Source: a virus
Taxonomy: Duplodnaviria > Caudoviricetes
Direction: 5' to 3' (one strand)
DNA: 42,406 nt
Virus record (IMG/VR): IMGVR_UViG_3300030372_002592
Span: 1-42,406 of that record
Shown here: in pieces, positions 35,988 through 42,406 of the stretch
How positions within the stretch are numbered: the stretch's first letter is position 1
Layout of the letters: the number at the start of each line of letters is the position of its first letter
Notes under the pieces: generated by a model
The model's input: only the letters and a program-made list of their open reading frames with translations
Database searches by the model: none
What the model was told of the DNA's origin: nothing
Program-made: the position numbers and the translations under genes

Positions 35988-36472
35988 TATCCAACAACCT
36001 TTCCATCTTTCCATTCCATATCAGGTAATCCATTTTCATATTTTTTACCATCATATCTTAAAACTTGTTTTCTATTATTGCCTTTTTCATTATAACTACA
36101 ATGAATCCAACCTGCTGCAGGGTCGTCAGGACTATAATACTCTAATATAAGTTGATCAAAATCACAATTGTTTTCTATCCAATATGCTACTTTAATATTA
36201 GGAATACCAGCTATTTCAAAATCTACTGCTTGTCCTTTTGCATGTTGCGATGTTTTTTTTGAACCTATAGCTTCACATAATTCCTCTGACCTATAACCTG
36301 ATGTAATAGTGACTGGTTTGTCAAATTTATTTCTTACTGGCTCTAATACGCAATAACAGAGATCTTCAAGGTTTTTAATATCACCTGAGCCAGGAGTATT
36401 ATCTATACCTTTCCTTGTAGCTGTCATTGACTTTGTAAATTCTTCTAATTTAAAATGTTTTGATAATTGCAT
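35987..36472 (-). CDS. Endolysin, peptidase M15A family
   Basis: LSKHF.L.E..KS.TA.R.GIDN.P; ITSGYRS; SQHAKGQAVD; WIHCSY. Confidence 0.92.
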   Translation of the reverse strand: MQLSKHFKLEEFTKSMTATRKGIDNTPGSGDIKNLEDLCYCVLEPVRNKFDKPVTITSGYRSEELCEAIGSKKTSQHAKGQAVDFEIAGIPNIKVAYWIENNCDFDQLILEYYSPDDPAAGWIHCSYNEKGNNRKQVLRYDGKKYENGLPDMEWKDGKVVG

Positions 36473-36486
36473 TGATACCTCCTATG

Positions 36487-36702
36487 TTAGAAGATTAACC
36501 CATATATGATTGTTCCCATACCTACTACTAACATCCCTGTAGAAGTAAATACAACCTTTTCCAATCTTTCAATCTTTTGACCATTTAACTCTATTTTCCT
36601 GTGTGTTTCCTTTTGCATTATCCTGCACAATTTCTCATGATCGTCAATCCTTTGATGTGCAGTATCTGTATTCCTTGCAACCCTACGTTTAATTCTTTTC
36701 AT
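36487..36702 (-). CDS. Small coiled-coil protein with C-terminal TM (possible lysis accessory)
   Basis: RIDDHEKLC...IERLE + TM; directly upstream of endolysin. Confidence 0.65.
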   Translation of the reverse strand: MKRIKRRVARNTDTAHQRIDDHEKLCRIMQKETHRKIELNGQKIERLEKVVFTSTGMLVVGMGTIIYGLIF

Positions 36703-36857
36703 TTTCCTTGACCCCTATAACTTAACTGTTTTTTAGTTCTTCCTTTCCTCTTATGTTTATTCATAGTTGAAACTTTCTTAGGTCGTCTTCCAATAGAAGT
36801 ACCTTTAAAAGTTTTTTCGTAAGATACAATCTTACCATATAGAGGTTTTTTTGCCAT
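36699..36857 (-). CDS. Small highly basic protein (52 aa, ends YRGQGK)
   Basis: MAKKPLYG...TSIGRRPK...MNKHKRK...YRGQGK; ATGA coupling. Confidence 0.7.
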   Translation of the reverse strand: MAKKPLYGKIVSYEKTFKGTSIGRRPKKVSTMNKHKRKGRTKKQLSYRGQGK

Positions 36858-36878
36858 AATTTTCTAACCATAAATTTA

Positions 36879-36933
36879 GGGTATACCTGAGTACCTATTT
36901 AGATGCAATCGTCAATATACGTCCACCTGAGGG
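36879..36933 (-). repeat. Dispersed spacing-conserved element, copy 3 (inverted)
   Basis: CCCTCAGGTG-N7-ATTGA-N11-AAATAGGTA-N4-GGTATACCC on minus strand. Confidence 0.7.
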
Positions 36934-36956
36934 CTTTGTAGAGGGGTCTTTTGGGT

Positions 36957-37220
36957 CTATTTAAGAGTTTTCTCTAAATAATGTATAAAATCAATACTCT
37001 CTTCTTGGGCTTCTTTTACCCACTCATTAAAGGGTCTATTATTATCTGACATAGTTTTGCCAAACTTTTTCATGCCTTGTTTATGTCTTTTAATTATCTT
37101 ATTTATAACTCTATTTACAACAGGGTCATTAGTTATAAAGCCATCACAAGAAGCTCTTAATTTAGCTTTTAAAAAATCAACCTGATGTTGCAATTGTTTT
37201 ATTGTATCTTTATCGTTCAT
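36957..37220 (-). CDS. Conserved phage protein, possible all-alpha NTP pyrophosphatase fold
   Basis: D.VV..V....R...G.KK.G.T...W...AQEE..D...YLEK. Confidence 0.5.
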   Translation of the reverse strand: MNDKDTIKQLQHQVDFLKAKLRASCDGFITNDPVVNRVINKIIKRHKQGMKKFGKTMSDNNRPFNEWVKEAQEESIDFIHYLEKTLK

Positions 37221-37277
37221 AATTTGATATAATTAGTTATGGCAGTTAGAAAGGTTTTAGCTTGTACTCCACCATGA

Positions 37278-38042
37278 CTAAGATTTATTTTCCTTTAAAA
37301 CAAATATTGGTTTCCTTTCATAATTTTTAATTCCAATATGTTTAAGATTGCTTGTTAAATCTGCCCATATCTCTCCACCACATTGTGACCATAATTGACA
37401 AAAGTAAAAATCTTCACTTAAATATCTTTTGGTATTCTCAGGGTCTTTTAAAATACCATTACCTTGTATACCACAATCAAAGAAAGCATATTCTTCATTA
37501 CCTATTACATCAGAAGATTCTCTCTTTTCATCTATTTTTGCTCTTACATCTGTTTTATATTTTATTGATGGATATTTTTCTATTATAGTTTCAAATACTT
37601 TTCTTTCAATACACATAAAGCCAGTACCTGAATAATTAACTTTTTTGAAACCTTTATCATTATCATTTAAATCATATTTACCTATTGGAAAATTAATACA
37701 CCATCCTTGACTAGCATCACCTTGTTCTATTGGGTCTTCATGTTTTATAGGATAACCTGCTGAGGTCAAAGGTTTATCAAATAATAAAACTCTTATAAAT
37801 TGTTGTGGTTCAAAAACAATATCTGCATCTATAAAAAATAAATGTGTATATTCTTTTTGTTTTAAAAATTGATCTACTAATTTATTTCTTGCTCTTGTGA
37901 CAAGACTATCTCTTACCCACATCATACCACATCCTATTTTTGCCTGCATAAGAGTATCTCTTACATTTATAATTGAAGATATAGTTTGTAGATGTATTTT
38001 TTGATCAAAAGCTGGAATGCATATAAGAACATTTTTTTTCAT
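37278..38042 (-). CDS. GT-A fold glycosyltransferase
   Basis: ICIPAF, SLV.RARN, THLFFIDADI (DxD), GTGFMCI.R, YLSEDF.FC..W...GG.IW.D...L.H.G. Confidence 0.85.
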   Translation of the reverse strand: MKKNVLICIPAFDQKIHLQTISSIINVRDTLMQAKIGCGMMWVRDSLVTRARNKLVDQFLKQKEYTHLFFIDADIVFEPQQFIRVLLFDKPLTSAGYPIKHEDPIEQGDASQGWCINFPIGKYDLNDNDKGFKKVNYSGTGFMCIERKVFETIIEKYPSIKYKTDVRAKIDEKRESSDVIGNEEYAFFDCGIQGNGILKDPENTKRYLSEDFYFCQLWSQCGGEIWADLTSNLKHIGIKNYERKPIFVLKENKS

Positions 38043-38197
38043 CTAATATCACCTGTTATAATCTTATATAATGTTCCAATTGGTTTTGGTACTTTATTAT
38101 TAGATGAACAAGAAGTTAGAAATAGTAATAAGAAAATAAGGCAGGTGAGTTTGGTGGTTTGGTGGTAAAACTCACCCACCAGTAATCTGTCTATCAT
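38039..38197 (-). CDS. Small lipoprotein-like ORF (52 aa)
   Basis: ATGA overlaps at both ends; LIFLLLFLTSC lipobox-like. Confidence 0.45.
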   Translation of the reverse strand: MIDRLLVGEFYHQTTKLTCLIFLLLFLTSCSSNNKVPKPIGTLYKIITGDIR

Positions 38198-38847
38198 TGT
38201 TTATACCAAGATGGAAGTCCTAAATGCTTTCTTGTATCATAAATATTCTTATCAGCATCTTTGGATTTTTGATTATTATAGTGTAAAAATACTTGTACGC
38301 AGTGATCTCCTTGAAATTCTTCTCTCCAATGTTCTAACATCATACCTTTATATACAAGCATATCTCCTGGCTTTAAAATTATAGGTTTACCTTTATTATT
38401 ACTTGTAGTGGTAATCTTTTTACCATCAGGTATTCCTACGTTTTTCTTTGATTCTAAATATATAGCCCAAGGATCTCCCCCAAGATTTAAGGTTGTAGAT
38501 ATTTCACAGCTAAATCTATCTTTATGTCTATGTAATATGTCACCTGTTTTATATATTCTTGCATAAGAGTATGTAGGATTTAATTTTAATTTAGTATATT
38601 TTTCCATTATTGGTAATGTTCTTAATAATAATGTTTCCATAGCAATATCAGAATAATGAGAATAAGTATTTGGTACTTGTTCATCATTCCATACACCAAA
38701 TTCTGTAGTAAACTTTGATATATATTTTGTATCAAATAATGTTCTTGCTACTTGTCTTTTCATCATAAAATAATTATAGACAAATTCAGCTACCTGTTTT
38801 GGTACAGCTTCTTTAATTACTAAATAATGTTTTTTTTGAAAACTCAT
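38194..38847 (-). CDS. 2OG-Fe(II) oxygenase-like protein
   Basis: YARIY..G..L.RHKDR..CEIS.TL; HWRE; QVFLHY. Confidence 0.8.
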   Translation of the reverse strand: MSFQKKHYLVIKEAVPKQVAEFVYNYFMMKRQVARTLFDTKYISKFTTEFGVWNDEQVPNTYSHYSDIAMETLLLRTLPIMEKYTKLKLNPTYSYARIYKTGDILHRHKDRFSCEISTTLNLGGDPWAIYLESKKNVGIPDGKKITTTSNNKGKPIILKPGDMLVYKGMMLEHWREEFQGDHCVQVFLHYNNQKSKDADKNIYDTRKHLGLPSWYKQ

Positions 38848-39563
38848 TTAATGCTTTTTTCTTTTGATATAGTAGTTTCTACTGCTTTTATATTCCAATG
38901 TATAAATCTAAAATCGTCTAAACCTGCATCAACAATATATTGATGTGGTAAGTATCCTGGAATTATAATCATCATTCCTGGTTCTATTTTAAAATGTATT
39001 TGTTCACTTGCTAAAGAAATTTTTGTACTATCTTTTTGAGGTAATTTTGTCATTCTAGCACCCATACGAGGGTCATGTATTACTGGTACAGAAGTTTTTT
39101 CACTACATTTTAAAAAGTAAAAACCTGAAACATGTTGATTCCAATGTACATGTGTATCATGATGTCCACCACCTTTTCTACTAAACTCTTGAACCCAAAA
39201 TTCTGTAAAATGTAAACTATGATTTGCTAAATTAAAACCTTGCCAATCTAAAAAATCAAAGCTTCTAGCACCACAAAAATCTACAAATTCTTTAGCACCA
39301 GGATCATTAGCAAAACTTTCACTATGTTTGGATAAACCAAAATCACCAATAGCTTGTTTCCACTTTGGTTCTTTTTTTAAATTTTCTTTTAAATTCTTTT
39401 CTGCTTTTTTGATATATTTATTAGTTAGTTTAGTCATACTTTTCAAAAAACTAGGTGCTCTTGCTACCCATATAGGTGTTGAAAAATAAAACTCACTTTT
39501 AAATTGTACATGGTCTTTTGGTTTTTGTGGTGTACTACTACCACCTTGTTTTACATCACTCAT
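38844..39563 (-). CDS. Putative 2OG-Fe(II) oxygenase (TIGR02466-like)
   Basis: F.TPIW; H..HVH....SG.YFL; DPR; PG....PGYL.H...RFIHWN. Confidence 0.82.
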   Translation of the reverse strand: MSDVKQGGSSTPQKPKDHVQFKSEFYFSTPIWVARAPSFLKSMTKLTNKYIKKAEKNLKENLKKEPKWKQAIGDFGLSKHSESFANDPGAKEFVDFCGARSFDFLDWQGFNLANHSLHFTEFWVQEFSRKGGGHHDTHVHWNQHVSGFYFLKCSEKTSVPVIHDPRMGARMTKLPQKDSTKISLASEQIHFKIEPGMMIIIPGYLPHQYIVDAGLDDFRFIHWNIKAVETTISKEKSIK

Positions 39564-39564
39564 A

Positions 39565-40209
39565 TTATTTAAAAGGATAACCTAGATTCCATATTACTAG
39601 ACTATACCTTACTCCTTTCGTTACTGGTTTTACTCTATGCCATACAAAAGAAGGAAATACAACAAGACTACCTTTAGGTAATATTTCTGTACAACTCCTA
39701 ATTGCAGGTGATTTCTCAGGGTCTTCATTCCTAAAATCAAACTCTAACTCACCACCTTGATATTCTTTGGGGTCTGTAAGTGAAACTGTTACTGATAATT
39801 TTCTAATTTTACCTTTTGTTGGACCATCTTCTATGTAAGGTTTATCCCAGCTATCTGCGTGCCAATCATAATATTGACCTTTTTTATATATTGTAAATTG
39901 ACAAGATTCTGAGTAATCCCAATCAAAATTCCAACCTGCATTTCTATTTGCTTCATGAACATAAGGTTGTATTTCTTTGTATATCCACCTGTCATTAAAC
40001 CACGATATATTTGAATCTCTTTTCTTTTTTAAATCTGCTATTTCTTTTTCTGTTAATGGTGTTTTTTTTAAATCTCTATCTCTACCAAAAGTACCTGTAA
40101 GTGCTAGACGTTCTGATTCTTTATTTGCTAATCCTTCTTTTATAATAAGATCACATATTCTTTCAGGAACAGCAGATTGGAAATACCAATAGTAATTAGA
40201 TATATTCAT
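39565..40209 (-). CDS. Prolyl-4-hydroxylase/PKHD-type 2OG-Fe(II) oxygenase
   Basis: Y.WHAD; RKLS.TV.L; Y.GGELEF; FPS.VWHRV.PVT.G.RYSLV.W. Confidence 0.9.
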   Translation of the reverse strand: MNISNYYWYFQSAVPERICDLIIKEGLANKESERLALTGTFGRDRDLKKTPLTEKEIADLKKKRDSNISWFNDRWIYKEIQPYVHEANRNAGWNFDWDYSESCQFTIYKKGQYYDWHADSWDKPYIEDGPTKGKIRKLSVTVSLTDPKEYQGGELEFDFRNEDPEKSPAIRSCTEILPKGSLVVFPSFVWHRVKPVTKGVRYSLVIWNLGYPFK

Positions 40210-40750
40210 AAGTTGATATTAATATAGTTTGAAGTTTGCTTGATTTATTTTCTGTTATAAAAAATCTTTGCATACTAGGAAATATAATAAATTTATTATT
40301 ATGTAAAGGTACATGCCAAGTTCTATTGACACGTCTATTATCATTATAATGTATTACGACTTCTAGTTGTTCTTCATCATCAATATCAACACCATATACG
40401 CAAGTATAATCAGGTGAATGTAATAAATCTAAAGGTTCTACTGTATTTCTACTGTGTGATTTTTGTTTTGGTTCAAGAATTATACCAAAATCTAGTTTGG
40501 GAATGAGTGTTTTTCCATATTCCATTCTAAAATGATCTCTTAAATAATCTTTTAGCCATTGTAAAGGTTGTGAAAAAGGTACTACATAATCTGTATAAGA
40601 AAAATCTCTCTCTTTCTTACTTATTCTTTTTTGATTTATAAATGAGGTTATAATATCATTTTTAATTGTATCACGATCAACCTCAAAACCTTTTGGGCTA
40701 TCTATTGTTCCACTAACAATATCTATCTCAGACACCACCTTTTTCTTCAT
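40196..40750 (-). CDS. Degenerate 2OG-Fe(II) oxygenase-fold protein
   Basis: DYT.VYGV...FIIFPS..R.FI..N pattern without clear His ligands. Confidence 0.55.
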   Translation of the reverse strand: MKKKVVSEIDIVSGTIDSPKGFEVDRDTIKNDIITSFINQKRISKKERDFSYTDYVVPFSQPLQWLKDYLRDHFRMEYGKTLIPKLDFGIILEPKQKSHSRNTVEPLDLLHSPDYTCVYGVDIDDEEQLEVVIHYNDNRRVNRTWHVPLHNNKFIIFPSMQRFFITENKSSKLQTILISTYEYI

Positions 40751-40756
40751 AAAAGA

Positions 40757-41179
40757 TTATTGTTCCACTTTATCCCAGCTTTGATTATCTTCGTTCCACT
40801 CATATACATGAGTATCTTTTTCTTCTTCTGAAAGTTCAGGTGCATCACCTACTGGTGATTGCCATCTTGCTTCTGATGTATTTAAAATCCAACTTGCATA
40901 AGGTTTTTTTGGCATGAAAATATCATTATCTTCATCATAAATATAACCAATACCAGCATAATTACCTCTAAATGCTTTTGAGTCATCACCTGAATTATGT
41001 TTATTGCCTGATGTATTATAAGATGTTTTTTTCCAAAGGGGCCAGTTATGTATATTTTCTAAAAACTGTCTTCCTACTTCTTCATCTTCAATACCATCTG
41101 CGTTCTGACAATCTTTGTCAGCTACAACATGTACTGCTATAACTTTACTGTTTATTCCTAATTTTGCAAAATGTGCCAT
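40757..41179 (-). CDS. Conserved tail-fibre-associated protein
   Basis: MAHFAK....V..V.VV; W..TSYN; FR.NYAGIGY.YD...D.F..P.PY.SW. Confidence 0.7.
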   Translation of the reverse strand: MAHFAKLGINSKVIAVHVVADKDCQNADGIEDEEVGRQFLENIHNWPLWKKTSYNTSGNKHNSGDDSKAFRGNYAGIGYIYDEDNDIFMPKKPYASWILNTSEARWQSPVGDAPELSEEEKDTHVYEWNEDNQSWDKVEQ

Positions 41180-41220
41180 AATATTCCTCCTATATCATTT
41201 ATTTGTTTTCTACACAATCG

Positions 41221-42406
41221 TTAATTTTGGTATTTATACCTTAAAACCACTATACCTGATCCACCTGTGCCACCACCATTTGGTTGCGCACATGAACCCC
41301 CACCTCCACCACCACCTGTATTTGTTGTACCATTTGTTCCTGCACCTCCTGGAGAAGATCCTCCATTACCTCCACCTCCTGGACCGCCAGGCGCACCATT
41401 AGGTGAGTTTCCTGGATTATTAGCTCCACCACCTCCACCACCTGCATATACTACTGGACTTGCTGTAATTGATGTTGTTGCTCCTGTACCACCTACTCCA
41501 CTTGGAGTTGATGCTGTAAAATCTGCCCCTGCTGTAGTTGCTCCACCACCACCTGACCAATTAGAAAAAGGTGGAGTTGCAGGATTTGATGCTCCTCCAG
41601 GATTACCCTGAGGAGGACTTACAGGAGGTGTATTTCCTGCTCCTCCAGGCGCACCTTTATTTGATCTTGCACCACCACCTGAGCCACCTGCTCCTCCTGT
41701 TCCCTCAGGAGAACCTTGTGAACCTTGACCGCCTCTACCACCACCTGCTGATGTAATTGTTGAAAAAACTGAAGAGCCTCCTTGTCCTGATACTTGTGGT
41801 GCTGGTGTTCCTTTTGTTCCACCTGCCCCTACTGTAATTGGGTAAGCTGCTGCACATAGTGTTAAAGCTGTTCCTCCTAATGGTGCTGGGCCAGCAGTAT
41901 AACTACCTGCAGCTGTTCCAGGTGAAAATCTATAACCACCTGCACCTCCTCCACCTGCACCTGTATATACTTCGTCAGCACCACCTGCTCCACCTCCACC
42001 AACTACTAAAAATTCTATTTTGTTACTACCAGCGGAGTTACCTCCATTTGAAACAGTAAAAGTAGCGTCAGAATTAAATGTATGAATTTTAAAATCACCA
42101 GAAGTTGTTTCTGTTCCACCGGATGCTGCAACAAAAGCTGGAACTATTCCAGTTGTATCATCAGTTGAGTCATTAACAGCTAACCAACCTTTTGTAGAAT
42201 CAATAAATACTAAAGTAACACTTAATCCTTGTTGTGTTAAGTAAGCATCATCATTAACTCCATTTATTTTGTCAGAACCATTTGGATTCAATCTACAAGT
42301 ATTTGTATCAAAAGTTCCTGCGTAATCTTTAATTGCTATTATAGCTCCTGCACTACCTGCTGGTAAATTTACAATTATTTCTCCTGAAGTTGTGTTTACA
42401 AAATAA
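41221..42406 (-). CDS. Gly/Pro-rich tail fibre-like structural protein (5' end outside window)
   Basis: Frame is open to the right edge (YFVNTTSG...LPAG...DYAGTF); H.F....F.V, VVGGGG.GG, NTGGGGGG, GGSGIVVLRY. Confidence 0.8.
   Translation of the reverse strand, partial: YFVNTTSGEIIVNLPAGSAGAIIAIKDYAGTFDTNTCRLNPNGSDKINGVNDDAYLTQQGLSVTLVFIDSTKGWLAVNDSTDDTTGIVPAFVAASGGTETTSGDFKIHTFNSDATFTVSNGGNSAGSNKIEFLVVGGGGAGGADEVYTGAGGGGAGGYRFSPGTAAGSYTAGPAPLGGTALTLCAAAYPITVGAGGTKGTPAPQVSGQGGSSVFSTITSAGGGRGGQGSQGSPEGTGGAGGSGGGARSNKGAPGGAGNTPPVSPPQGNPGGASNPATPPFSNWSGGGGATTAGADFTASTPSGVGGTGATTSITASPVVYAGGGGGGANNPGNSPNGAPGGPGGGGNGGSSPGGAGTNGTTNTGGGGGGGSCAQPNGGGTGGSGIVVLRYKYQN

Noticed and set aside
32521-36933. 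Dispersed repeat read as CRISPR repeats or integron attC sites
   Set aside because: Copies are kilobases apart and degenerate, with no cas operon or integron integrase and no attC-like long hairpin
41250-42059. CCACCACC/CCTCC repeats and Pro-rich or alternative-frame ORFs
   Set aside because: Explained by Gly codons of the fibre gene; not a CRISPR array or separate genes
1-42406. Stop-codon recoding, introns/inteins or a diversity-generating retroelement
   Set aside because: Genes are intact and densely packed under the standard code with all three stops used; no reverse transcriptase, intein motifs or TR/VR pair seen

Overview
Near-complete genome segment of an AT-rich tailed phage (siphovirus-like). 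Gene content suggests a marine alphaproteobacterial host, possibly SAR11-like (inference). Both window ends fall inside tail genes. Minus strand 1-17.4 kb is the morphogenesis operon: terminase, portal, Mu-gpF-like minor head protein, HK97 protease and capsid, head-tail connectors, and a GTA-like tail module with a -1 frameshifted chaperone and a 658-aa tape measure. Minus strand 19.7-24.8 kb holds a replication initiator, a putative late regulator and a translationally coupled cassette of SAM methyltransferase, IbrA-like PP-loop enzyme, small unknown protein, glycosyltransferase-like protein and IbrB/ParB protein. This cassette is the best candidate for an undescribed DNA-modification system. 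Plus-strand islands (17.5-19.7 and 24.9-33.6 kb) carry small early genes (DenV, Sak/Rad52, Cas4-like nuclease, SSB-like, HTH regulators) behind sigma70-like promoters that share a conserved leader. Minus strand 33.7-42.4 kb holds a phosphoesterase, lysis genes, a glycosyltransferase, four 2OG-Fe(II) oxygenase-like genes and a Gly/Pro-rich fibre gene. Non-coding highlights are a promoter-driven structured RNA candidate (~25881-26005) and three dispersed copies of a spacing-conserved ~55-bp element. No integrase, DNA polymerase, tRNA or CRISPR array was recognised. All family calls come from motif recognition by eye, not from database searches.
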